Source: Candidatus Lokiarchaeum ossiferum (lineage in GTDB: Archaea > Asgardarchaeota > Lokiarchaeia > Sigyniarchaeales > Promethearchaeaceae). Taken from it: a stretch of 32,000 nucleotides of DNA. A program made the position numbers and the translations under genes. The stretch spans positions 5,100,001 to 5,132,000 of the forward strand of contig CP104013.1 of NCBI GenBank assembly GCA_025839675.1, in the 5' to 3' direction. Below the pieces are notes generated by a model that did not search any database, had not been told where the DNA came from, and worked only from the letters and a program-made list of their open reading frames with translations. Positions 9,690 to 18,593 of the stretch are shown here, piece by piece (position 1 is the first letter of the stretch; the number at the start of each line of letters is the position of its first letter).

Positions 9690-9740
9690 GTTTACAACTT
9701 GGTTCATATGAATTCATAACTTTCTAGGTTTTTTTTATTT

Positions 9741-10751
9741 TTATTTTCCTTTCTCATCAAAGTCTTTCCGTTCGTATACATGCTCCGATAATTTAATTAG
9801 CTTGAAATATTTATTAATCTCAATGGGTAATAATTCCGATTTTCCTATAACCATATTCGTTTTCGGCAATAAACTATCCCAAAAACGTTTGAACAATATT
9901 CGCTGTTGGTCTTTGGTAAAATAAATGACCACATTTCGGCAGGTTACCAGATGAAACTTGACTGGAAATTTTCCTTTAAAGAGGTCTAGCTGCTTGAAGG
10001 TGACTTTTTCTTTAATTATTGGGCTAATGTGATATCCATCTTCTTCTTTCGTAAAATATTCCCGTATAATTCGAGGATCTGCATTCTTTAAAGTTTTTTC
10101 CGAATAGATGCCTTCTTGAGCTGTGAGTAATATCCGATCATTAATATCACTGGCTATAATTTGAAACGGTAAAGCTTTTATCCGATTTAAAGACCAAGTC
10201 ATCGGACGACCGGATTTATAGGTATATTTCTTATATGCTTCTACGAACATTATTGCCAATGAATAGGGCTCTTGGCCGCTTGAACATCCCGCTGACCAAA
10301 TTCGGTAAGGATTTTGACGTGTAGGTTGCTGTCCTGTCGCCCCTCCTAAAATTTTAAGAAATAACTCATCGCGCAAATAATCCCACAATGATTTATCACG
10401 GAAAAACTCTGTAACATGAATCGTAAGAGTGTTCAAAAAATCCAAGTAACCTTCATGACTCTTCTGGATGTGATTATAAATTTCAAATAAATTGGTCGTA
10501 TTGAGTTTCTTGCTAATCATGGATATCCGGCGGAGAAAATAAGGTAATCTATATTGAAACACATCCAAGCCGTATTTATCTCGTAGCAAGGCTTTTATTT
10601 TGGGGAGATACTCCGGATGTTGAAGTGATTCCATTATTTTTTCATTTACGGTCTTCGGTTTTTGAGTAGAAGATTGGGTTTCGTGTGCCATTATCCATGC
10701 TTTGGAAATTTTTCTGTCTATAGATACCTTAAGTTTCCCCATTTTTCTCAT
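9741..10751 (-). CDS. cheR: CheR-type protein-glutamate O-methyltransferase
   Basis: CheR N-domain YRLPYFLRRISM; TEFFRD..W..L; SAM motif RIWSAGCSSGQEPYSLAI; ASDIN...L..A..GIY; FHLVTCRNVVIYF. The true start may be an internal Met (MAHETQ.. or MESLQ..), which would give a more typical length. Confidence 0.85.
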   Translation of the reverse strand: MRKMGKLKVSIDRKISKAWIMAHETQSSTQKPKTVNEKIMESLQHPEYLPKIKALLRDKYGLDVFQYRLPYFLRRISMISKKLNTTNLFEIYNHIQKSHEGYLDFLNTLTIHVTEFFRDKSLWDYLRDELFLKILGGATGQQPTRQNPYRIWSAGCSSGQEPYSLAIMFVEAYKKYTYKSGRPMTWSLNRIKALPFQIIASDINDRILLTAQEGIYSEKTLKNADPRIIREYFTKEEDGYHISPIIKEKVTFKQLDLFKGKFPVKFHLVTCRNVVIYFTKDQQRILFKRFWDSLLPKTNMVIGKSELLPIEINKYFKLIKLSEHVYERKDFDEKGK

Positions 10752-10879
10752 AAAATTTCTAAAAACTTTTTACTGACAAAATCAATTCGTTTTTTTTCTA
10801 TAAAGAAAAAATCTTTTTTTTTTGGAAAAATAGGAATATACAAGATATAAATAAAATCTCGTAAAAGATTTGACTATAG

Positions 10880-11791
10880 ATGAGCGATTCAGACTTGAAG
10901 AAATTTTTAAATCATCATATTTCTTCCTATTGTCATGGAAATCCGAGAAATATTTCCCCAAAATTGGTTTTCATCCCTATAGATGAAAATTATGACATTA
11001 GTCAATTAATTGGTAATATTTTGACTGCAGATCAAGCTAAAGAATGGCTCGTCTTTAATACAACTGGATCTTTTCATCATCAAAACGAAAAATTATTTCC
11101 CATATTACAATTGATTAGGGAAATTCTCTTTATTGATGACAATCTCCTTACTATCAATGCTAAACTGTCTGATCATGAGCGTTTGCCTCAAATTGGGAAA
11201 TATTTGATTCCCGAGTTTCTTCAAAGCATTCCAAATATTGAGCAATTATATAAGTTGATTGCGGAAGTGTCCACTGAAGAAGAAAAAGAGTGGATTTTAT
11301 CTAATCGCAATGGAACTCAATTGGTGGATGGGCTGAATAATATTCCACTTCGGATTCAAAACTCTTCTAAACTGTATGCAACTATCTTGCATGTCTTTAA
11401 TCGTGTCATTAAAGAACTTTTTGAAGTCAAAGGAATGATCTTTATTTATAATCACCTTCATAAGAGTGATCTAAACTCTTTAAATTGGTTAGAATATTCT
11501 GCCTGTGGTACTTTGACCGAATCGGTTCCATTATTCATCATTGCATGTTATCCAGAAGATTTACATCCTGATTTTTTAGATTCTTGGCCTAAATCTGCAA
11601 AATATGTTCAATTTATTCGATCCGAACCTGTTCATTTTATAGATCTTTCTTCTTCAAAAGAGATCTCAAAGGAGAGTATTTCTGATATTGAGGGTAAAGA
11701 AGTGAAAAAATACTCCGATGCTGAACTTATAGTGAGAGGTGTCCGTAAAATTTATGAACACTTAATAAAAAATGGGATTATTCCGCAATAA
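10880..11791 (+). CDS. Hypothetical protein (303 aa), no recognisable motif
   Basis: Long ORF with normal-looking composition. Its 3' end overlaps the convergent gene 11778-12809 by 14 bp. Confidence 0.5.
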   Translation: MSDSDLKKFLNHHISSYCHGNPRNISPKLVFIPIDENYDISQLIGNILTADQAKEWLVFNTTGSFHHQNEKLFPILQLIREILFIDDNLLTINAKLSDHERLPQIGKYLIPEFLQSIPNIEQLYKLIAEVSTEEEKEWILSNRNGTQLVDGLNNIPLRIQNSSKLYATILHVFNRVIKELFEVKGMIFIYNHLHKSDLNSLNWLEYSACGTLTESVPLFIIACYPEDLHPDFLDSWPKSAKYVQFIRSEPVHFIDLSSSKEISKESISDIEGKEVKKYSDAELIVRGVRKIYEHLIKNGIIPQ

Positions 11792-12809
11792 TTGCCCTAT
11801 TTGGGTTGCGGACTTCCTTTGATTTTGCCTTTAATTTTCTCAAATGCTTCTTTAGATTTCTGGCTTTTTTATATTCTCGGGCTTTTTGTTTGCGGTCTTT
11901 TAAAAATTCTTTGTACTTCTTTCGATCTCGTGGATCGCAAAGTGCCATCGCATCAATTTGTTCTTGAGTATATGTGGGAACTTTTTCCAGTAATTCTGGA
12001 TTTTCCGAATACGTTTTAAACGCCTTTAACGCCTTGATATAGTACATTCCTTCCGAAATTCGTTCATCTAAAGTAATGCCGATATCGGTGACTGTTCGTG
12101 GCACAATTTCTCCTTTTTCATTCACCACGGGGATTGTACGGATTTTATTTACCACAATAAACCAACTTGCATTTCCCCATTCGAACATATGATGATTTAA
12201 TTGCCCTTCTAAACCAATACTGCCCAAATTCGCAAAAACAATGCTTGAATATAAAGGATCGGGCTCGATCATGGATTTTGGCATGATACCAAAGAATTCC
12301 AATGTTTTAAATAATTTGATAGCGATCATTAAGACAAATCTAGGCAAATGTCCGAAGAAATCTGCTTCAGCTTCTGTTTCATTTCCCTCCGAAGAGCGAG
12401 CGCCTCCGATCTCTTCATGAACCAGTTTTCTAACTGATTCAATGGTGGAGTAGGGTGAAAAAGTTACTTTTGCAAAAGTTTCTTTTGCGTGTGTACTCAA
12501 CTGTTTTTTCACCACAAAGGAGAACTGAATGCGGTTTCGTTGCCAGTATTTTCTTCCACTGATAAACCGGTTTATTTCAGGATATTCGGCAACCGCTCTT
12601 GAGGCGGCGCAGAGAATTATATCAAATAGGGAAAGTTTCTGATTTTTTGACAGATTTTTGTTATATTCTTTGATGTAAGGTAAGGTTTTTGTTAGATCAA
12701 ATTGTGTAGAAAAGTTCACTTTCCCATCTTCCCTTGCTTTCATGACATGTGGTTCAATGACTCGGAAACTTGGAAGATCATATGGTATGGTGGCATCATA
12801 TCGTCCCAT
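11778..12809 (-). CDS. 2-oxoacid dehydrogenase E2-type acyltransferase catalytic-domain-like protein with no lipoyl domain and a basic C-terminal tail
   Basis: 343 aa. FANLGSIG...HHMFEWGNASWFIVVNKIRTIPVV..G.IVPR......ITLDERISEGMYYIKALKAFKTYSENPELL parallels the E2 catalytic core (..SNLG..G......P...aIL.vG.i...PVv......r.....LS.DHR..DG......L......P..LL). The C-terminal 50 aa are K/R-rich. Confidence 0.6.
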   Translation of the reverse strand: MGRYDATIPYDLPSFRVIEPHVMKAREDGKVNFSTQFDLTKTLPYIKEYNKNLSKNQKLSLFDIILCAASRAVAEYPEINRFISGRKYWQRNRIQFSFVVKKQLSTHAKETFAKVTFSPYSTIESVRKLVHEEIGGARSSEGNETEAEADFFGHLPRFVLMIAIKLFKTLEFFGIMPKSMIEPDPLYSSIVFANLGSIGLEGQLNHHMFEWGNASWFIVVNKIRTIPVVNEKGEIVPRTVTDIGITLDERISEGMYYIKALKAFKTYSENPELLEKVPTYTQEQIDAMALCDPRDRKKYKEFLKDRKQKAREYKKARNLKKHLRKLKAKSKEVRNPNRAIIAE

Positions 12810-13142
12810 TTTTGCACATCCGTTAATTTATGAATAAATAATTAAAATAATATTTAGATCAAATAACTATTTATATAAATTAAATTTGTTCAATAATAAA
12901 CTTTTGAATAAATCCTTTGATCTGTATTATCACAGAATTTAGATCGATTCGATATTTTGACTACTTTTGATATATTCTTTCGGGAACTCAAAATTTCCTC
13001 ATTCTAAGATTATTGCGTGCTAAAGTAAACAGTTATTGCTATTGGCCACATGATTTAGGATCAATTCATGGGAAAAGCACTTGAAATCTTTTATAATATA
13101 GGATAGGTAGTAAAAAATAAAAAAGATTAACCCATAGATCGT

Positions 13143-13373
13143 TTAAACGTTGATAACTTCCTTTACTTCAGGAATCTTTTCTTTTAACAATTGTTCAATT
13201 CCATTCTTCAAAGTCATTTGTGAATATGGACATCCACGACAGTGTCCTTGCAATTCCACTTTTATGGTGCCATCGTCCATTATTTCAACTAAACCAACAT
13301 CTCCACCGTCTGCTTGGAGGGAAGGTCTTATTTGATCCAAAACAACTTGGACATTATCTTTCCAGTTTCCCAT
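13143..13373 (-). CDS. NifU-like (Nfu-type) Fe-S cluster domain protein
   Basis: 76 aa. IRPSLQADGGDVGLVEI and GHCRGCPYSQMTLKNGIE (C-x-x-C) match the NifU C-terminal domain. Confidence 0.85.
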   Translation of the reverse strand: MGNWKDNVQVVLDQIRPSLQADGGDVGLVEIMDDGTIKVELQGHCRGCPYSQMTLKNGIEQLLKEKIPEVKEVINV

Positions 13374-13563
13374 TTAATTTCAGCTCGATTAGTATAAACA
13401 AGTAACTAATGACATCATCAATTTTGAATTCTTTTCTTATATTGAATAATATCAATTCCATTCTTTCTTTGAAAAAAAAAGAGCTATTCAATAAAAACGG
13501 AAGAAATTTGGATCAAAAAAACGATTTTTTCTTAAGTAAAAAAGTAGTTCTTGAATTGGTAAC

Positions 13564-14835
13564 TTAATATTCATCTTGTTTGTATTCAGTAATTAATTTC
13601 TGGATATTATTTTTGGCGGCTTCAAATTCACTCGGTTGCATTCCCTCTTGATAATACCATGTTGTGAATGCATCATGATCATACATCAATTCGAATTGTG
13701 TGAGTAAGAATTGAAATAGATTGGCTACTCCGGAGTGATTCATCAAGGTTATTCCACTTCGGGCAAGTTTTTCGTCCGTCAGTGTTGTACTATCCGCTTT
13801 TATCGCGGTTGGAAAGATCTCACTAAATTTTACCCGATCTCCAAATCCTTTAATGCTATTTTGTAAAATTGAATGGGGGTTCTCGCCTCTTAAGGCTATA
13901 ACAAAAGCCGTAAATACTCCTTTTTCCACTGTAATCGGTGCCAGGATGTGATCCTGATCAATTAAATCCTGCATTAATTCTTTCGTTTCAATTTTTTGAT
14001 GGGCTGAAGTCAAGGATGTTTCTAATGGCGACATTGAAGTCATCAAAAAATGATTGCGGGGGAAGGGAACTAAATTTGTACTCATTTCCATCATAGAACG
14101 GTTTAAGGGTGAATTGAATCGCAGTGTTGCTGTAATTTCCACTAATGCTTTTGCCAAAACTTGATCAAATATTGATTCCGAGAGTTCATTTTCCTTCCCT
14201 TGAGTTGCAACTATTCGATAAATGGAGTCATTATCTATAATCATGCTAATATCGGCACATGAAGTCAGTTTATCTAAGGATAGAATTGCATTATAGGGTA
14301 AAATTGTGCTGCAATCCATATTTTGGCTTGGAACAATCGAGTAAGACATCATGACTAGTTTTGGATGTTTTTTTTTAATTGCTTCCATAATGAGGGGGGC
14401 TAATCCCGCCCCTGTTCCATCACCAATAGAATGAACAACAATAAAACCTTGTAAATGTTCTGTCTGATCAACTTCTTTTTGGATTTTATCCATTATTTCT
14501 TCCATAAAACGAGTTCCATAACTATAATAACCTTTAGCAAAAAGGTTCGCATCTCCAGCTAACCCCATAACACATCGCTTGGGATCAAAGAAATCTTTCA
14601 TATCTTTCTTTGTTACCTTACGAATTGCATTAGGACCTAAATCTACCAGTATTGTGCGAGGAATCCATTTACCAATTGAAGCTTTTTCGAAGAAATTATC
14701 AATTACACCGCGTATTTTTCCTTTTTCTTGTCCTTTATAATCGATATTGTGTTCATCACAGAGATATTTCCAAAAATTGGGGGCTATTTGTATTCCTAAT
14801 TCGCCCACATGGATTGTTATCACTTCTCGTGCCAT
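13564..14835 (-). CDS. Tubulin homologue (eukaryote-type alpha/beta-tubulin-like, Asgard tubulin)
   Basis: 423 aa, colinear with alpha/beta-tubulin. Matches: REVITIHVGELGIQIAPNFW; IPRTILVDLGP; LQGFIVVHSIGDGTGAGLAPLI (T4 signature variant); SIVPS..ILPYNAILS; ATLRFNSPLN....NLVPFPRNHF; AFTTWYYQEGMQPSEFEAAKNNIQKLITEYKQ. Confidence 0.9.
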   Translation of the reverse strand: MAREVITIHVGELGIQIAPNFWKYLCDEHNIDYKGQEKGKIRGVIDNFFEKASIGKWIPRTILVDLGPNAIRKVTKKDMKDFFDPKRCVMGLAGDANLFAKGYYSYGTRFMEEIMDKIQKEVDQTEHLQGFIVVHSIGDGTGAGLAPLIMEAIKKKHPKLVMMSYSIVPSQNMDCSTILPYNAILSLDKLTSCADISMIIDNDSIYRIVATQGKENELSESIFDQVLAKALVEITATLRFNSPLNRSMMEMSTNLVPFPRNHFLMTSMSPLETSLTSAHQKIETKELMQDLIDQDHILAPITVEKGVFTAFVIALRGENPHSILQNSIKGFGDRVKFSEIFPTAIKADSTTLTDEKLARSGITLMNHSGVANLFQFLLTQFELMYDHDAFTTWYYQEGMQPSEFEAAKNNIQKLITEYKQDEY

Positions 14836-15018
14836 TTTTTTTACATTCCACTTTTCATGCTTTCTTATGTAATCTGTCGCTTGAGATCCTATAAAACCTA
14901 CTTTTCTATTTTTTCTAACTTTTTTTTTGAGAAATTTTCCTTCAACTTCATTCTTTATGTAAGCAATTCGGTAGGAGAAAACAAAATTTCTTCTGATTCA
15001 AAAGGAGTTACATTTTAT

Positions 15019-15408
15019 TTGGAGGATCTTTTTTTATTAGTATCAACAATTGTTGGGATATTTATGTATACATTAGCTATATCAAAATCTGCCTTGGCAC
15101 ACATTTTAACGGAAGGAAAAGAAAATTATCAAAATAATTTTGCTCTGGTCCTTGCTGATACTTCTTGTTGTTCTGGAATGATTTCCATTGAAATTGGAAG
15201 CGAAGAAGTCATTAGCAAAGATATCAATATGCAACTTCTCTTTCCAAAAGAGACCACAGGTAATTCTTTTCACGTCTATGCCGAAAATCAAGCCATTCGA
15301 GAAGATGCGTTTCCGGAGAATATTTTGATTGATTTAAATCCATCCGCAGATAGAAAGGTTCTTGAAATCAAAAATGGTCATTTTGAGACACCTTATGAAG
15401 ATTCCTAA
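15019..15408 (+). CDS. Hypothetical small protein with an N-terminal hydrophobic segment (possible secreted or membrane protein); start uncertain
   Basis: The reading frame is open from 14809, but its 5' part is poly-T-derived and overlaps the tubulin start region. Candidate starts are TTG 15019, preceded by AAAGGAG at 15000-15006 and giving MEDLFLLVSTIVGIFMYTLAISKSALA.., or ATG 15064. No recognisable domain. Confidence 0.3.
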   Translation: MEDLFLLVSTIVGIFMYTLAISKSALAHILTEGKENYQNNFALVLADTSCCSGMISIEIGSEEVISKDINMQLLFPKETTGNSFHVYAENQAIREDAFPENILIDLNPSADRKVLEIKNGHFETPYEDS

Positions 15409-15498
15409 ATTTTTCCCGCTTATTTTATTTTTACTATGTAGGGTTGACAAATATTTTAATAGTAGCATTTCCTATGTAGAATTAACAACTTAATACTT

Positions 15499-16221
15499 GT
15501 GATACTCGTGGAAAACAATATTTTATCATCCCATACTAAAAATTTCGATTCTTCAGTTCCAGAATTGTCCCGAAAATCATTTGTTCGACAGAAAAAAGAA
15601 CGTTTTTCAAGTTTTTCTCACCTTTTCGGGGCTGTCGCTATAATACTTGGACTTCCATTATTGCTCGTCCTATCCTATCCGTCTGTTGAAAAGATTGTTC
15701 TTTCACTCATTTACACTCTTTCAACCGCCTTTCTCTTTTTCTGTTCTAGTTTTTACCATGCTTTCAAAAAAACCGAAAATGAAGTCTCCATTTGGAGAAA
15801 ATTTGATCATATTGCGATCTTTGTCATGATAGCTGGCACTTATACTCCAATCTGCTATCTATATTTAGATGGGATTTGGCGATGGGGAATACTTGCAGCT
15901 CAATGGTTTCTGGTGATATGTGGGTTAATTTTCAAATTATTTGTTATGAATGCTCCTCGTTATATCACAACGGGAATTTATTTATTGCAAGGTTGGATGG
16001 CCGTTTTACCCATTTATCAATTAAGCATGAAAATGTCAGTTATTTCATTAATATTAATGGCCTTTGGAGGGATTCTTTATTCGATTGGAGCCATAATTTA
16101 TAATCGAAAAAAACCAAACCCTATTCCGGATGTTTTTGGCTTTCATGAAATCTTTCATGTCCTTATCTTGATGGGTGCTTTTTCGCATTATTTGGTTATT
16201 GTTTTATCTTTAGTCAAATAG
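15499..16221 (+). CDS. Hemolysin III / PAQR family membrane protein
   Basis: 240 aa with 7 TM-like segments. SSFYHAF, WRKFDHIAIFVMIAGTYTP and FGFHEIFHVLILMGAFSHY are the family's conserved His/Asp motifs. The start is GTG (15499 or 15508). Confidence 0.85.
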   Translation: MILVENNILSSHTKNFDSSVPELSRKSFVRQKKERFSSFSHLFGAVAIILGLPLLLVLSYPSVEKIVLSLIYTLSTAFLFFCSSFYHAFKKTENEVSIWRKFDHIAIFVMIAGTYTPICYLYLDGIWRWGILAAQWFLVICGLIFKLFVMNAPRYITTGIYLLQGWMAVLPIYQLSMKMSVISLILMAFGGILYSIGAIIYNRKKPNPIPDVFGFHEIFHVLILMGAFSHYLVIVLSLVK

Positions 16222-16302
16222 GATTTTTTACGACTTAAAATATGAAATTGACCATTTTTTTCGAATTAGTTTCTTCTTTATTATTGAAATTGCTAATAAT
16301 TT

Positions 16303-16617
16303 TCAATTCCCCATCGTATAAAACTTTTGATTCTTGACCAACCAGAGAGTCTCACTATGAAAAATGACATGACCATAGCTAATAACTTGTCTTTCTGGGT
16401 TGAATCCATTGTAAGCGGTAATCCTATCTACTTGTTTGGCTCTATTAAACACCCAAGATTCTCTTTCACTATACTTAATATCATGTCGATGTGTCTCGGT
16501 GGTTTGAAATCGGTTGTTCACTCTGAATTGCACGAAACCATGAATAGACTTCAATAATGTTGTCTTCGCCAACATTACCATGTCTTTTGACTGCTGAGAG
16601 TGTGAAATTCTGGTCAA
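16303..16617 (-). pseudogene. Possible gene fragment of unknown family in a compositionally atypical segment
   Basis: The frame is open from 16653 and has only a TTG (16617) or an internal ATG as start. No recognisable motif. The local sequence looks more G+C-balanced than its surroundings. A 180-bp gap to the next gene is also non-coding. Confidence 0.25.
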
Positions 16618-16796
16618 GATGAAAAGTGAATCGACTTGATAACTGTTACCAAGTCACGTTCTTGTAAGCAGAAATTGAGAAAATTTCACTGTAGACTGTT
16701 TTTGTAGGCATTAGGTCAATTTTAATTCTCTTGTGAGGTCGTTAGAAACAAATCTAAAAGATTATATGGCATAATATTTTTACAAAAATCAATAAG

Positions 16797-17873
16797 ATGA
16801 AGTCTCGCCAGAAAATCCTTCAAAATATTATTTTAATTGCGGTTTTAGTCTTTTTTCAATTCTCTCCGTGTATAGTTGATTTTGCTTCGGCCAATGAAGA
16901 TTCAATTAAATCGAAAGGGGAGATTGTCTATAACGGTATTTCCGACAATTGGGCAACTTCTGATATTAGAATTAACTTGAATGTCACATTAATTCAATGG
17001 ACTAACGAATCAGGATGTTTTTATAAGATTGATGTAAAAGCGTCCTTAGAACGCTACGATGAAGTTTCGAGACCAATAGAATGGTTTAGTCTAAGTTTTT
17101 CATGGGATTACAACAATCGAATTGTCTGTTATTTCATGGAATACAATATAACTGCAAAGCTGGGAGAGACTGAGAATTTCTTGATAGATTACAATTTCGA
17201 AACACCAATTGAAATTAGTAGTTTCCAATGGAATATTGATTTTGGCTCGTTCAGTTTATCTGATTACTATCATAAGGACATCCAAGCCAATACTCAATAT
17301 TCATTAATATCTTTTGAAAATCTGAATCATTTTGCTTATGATATAGAATTAAGAACTAATGAATCTGTACATTTAATTCAAAATCATGTGTACTGGCCAA
17401 ATACCTCCTCAAATGTGATATTTGGAGAATGGACTGTAAAAATCATATCAAATTCAACACCCCGTGATTCTTTATTAGAAGGAACAAACCTCCAACTTTG
17501 GAATTCAATATATAAAATTTATTCTGAAACTGGCAGTGCAGGTCATACTTCTCCACACAGTATAGGGGATTTAACTAACTGTTCTGATAGCGGAATCTGG
17601 ATTTTTCCATTCAATGTTAATAATGATGAGATGGAATTGAATAAAGATATTTGGAAAAATGGAGACTTAAAGTTTTTTCTCGACTTTGTATTAGACATTA
17701 ATAACCAGACATCGAGAATTTTTAGATATGATTTTCAAGAAACACCTCAAAAGGGTTTTCAAGAGGACAATCCAATATTATTTGGAGCATTGATTGGAAT
17801 TGTTGGTGGTTTTGGAATTGGTGTTATAACTGTCTCTTTGTTTAAAAAGATAAAGAATAGAACAAAACGGTAA
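16797..17873 (+). CDS. Predicted surface-exposed glycoprotein (signal peptide plus C-terminal TM anchor)
   Basis: N-terminal signal-like ILQNIILIAVLVFFQFSPCIVDFASA. C-terminal TM ILFGALIGIVGGFGIGVITVSLF followed by the basic tail KKIKNRTKR. There are 8 N-x-S/T sequons in the predicted extracellular part (NVT, NES, NIT, NES, NTS, NST, NCS, NQT). Confidence 0.6.
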   Translation: MKSRQKILQNIILIAVLVFFQFSPCIVDFASANEDSIKSKGEIVYNGISDNWATSDIRINLNVTLIQWTNESGCFYKIDVKASLERYDEVSRPIEWFSLSFSWDYNNRIVCYFMEYNITAKLGETENFLIDYNFETPIEISSFQWNIDFGSFSLSDYYHKDIQANTQYSLISFENLNHFAYDIELRTNESVHLIQNHVYWPNTSSNVIFGEWTVKIISNSTPRDSLLEGTNLQLWNSIYKIYSETGSAGHTSPHSIGDLTNCSDSGIWIFPFNVNNDEMELNKDIWKNGDLKFFLDFVLDINNQTSRIFRYDFQETPQKGFQEDNPILFGALIGIVGGFGIGVITVSLFKKIKNRTKR

Positions 17874-18131
17874 CAAATATATCGAGTTAATTAGTTGTTG
17901 TGCCACTAACAATGGAAACAAAATCATCTTTTTTTTCTCTGTTTAATTTTTCAATTCTTTTAACAAAATCTTTTGAGAAAATTCGATATTCCATCGCTAT
18001 TTTCAAAAAATACCTGGAATTTATATTATTATAATTTAAATATATTTGAAATTTTTAGAACTATTAATCCAGAGAGAGTAAAATGTTTAATACAGTATCC
18101 ATCTCAAAAATTGTGGTAACTTAATTACAGT

Positions 18132-18371
18132 TCAAGATTGTTTTCTCTTTCCTTTTTCAACAAATTTCTCTTCCAGACATTTGGGACAAATGGCATGGCT
18201 GTATCTTCCTTGGAATTTGTCTAGTTCATTGATCGATAAGACAATCCAGTGATGGTTGAAATGAATTCGATTGCACCATCCACATCGGGTGAGGTAGGCA
18301 CGATATGCTATTCCAGGTATTATTTCGTCCTGGATATTTGATGCGAATATTTTGTCAGTAACTACTTCCAT
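18132..18371 (-). CDS. Small putative zinc-ribbon protein
   Basis: 79 aa with two Cys pairs, CGWC (C-x2-C) and CPKC (C-x2-C), about 35 aa apart, and a basic C-terminus. No other homology recognised. Confidence 0.4.
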   Translation of the reverse strand: MEVVTDKIFASNIQDEIIPGIAYRAYLTRCGWCNRIHFNHHWIVLSINELDKFQGRYSHAICPKCLEEKFVEKGKRKQS

Positions 18372-18517
18372 GTTTTATTATAAATTTGGCATATTTAAAA
18401 TACGAAAGTACTCCATGAAATTCAAAAGGGGCTAGATATAACCAAAATCTCTTATTAAATAATCAATTAATTTCAAAAAATCCTTGAACAAAAGAAGATT
18501 TAAAGTAAAAAGTAGGG

Positions 18518-18593
18518 TGGTGGGCCCACCCGGAATTGAACCGGGGATCTCTGCCACGTCAAGGCAGCGTTATAACCACTAAACAATGAGCCC
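18518..18593 (-). tRNA. tRNA-Val (anticodon GAC), genomically encoded CCA
   Basis: The reverse complement folds as a cloverleaf. Acceptor GGGCTCA/TGGGCCC (7 bp including one G-U); D-arm GTTT-AGTGGTTA-TAAC; anticodon arm CTGCC-TTGACGT-GGCAG; variable AGATC; T-arm CCCGG-TTCAATT-CCGGG; discriminator A plus CCA. The body is 73 nt and has no intron. Confidence 0.9.

Noticed and set aside
14809-15018. 5' extension of the 14809-15408 ORF, including a type IV pilin-like class III signal look-alike (..SDSKG/VTFYLEDLFLLVSTIVGIF)
   Set aside because: The extension is a poly-T-derived, F-rich translation that overlaps the tubulin start and promoter region. No ATG, GTG or TTG sits at a suitable position upstream of the KG site, and the Glu is at +6 rather than +5. 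A pilin call cannot be supported.
16300-16760. The relatively GC-richer segment as a structured ncRNA (SRP RNA or RNase P RNA)
   Set aside because: No conserved cores such as GAGGAAAGTCC (RNase P CR-I) or SRP helix-8-type motifs are present. The G+C content is only modestly raised and there are no obvious long helices.
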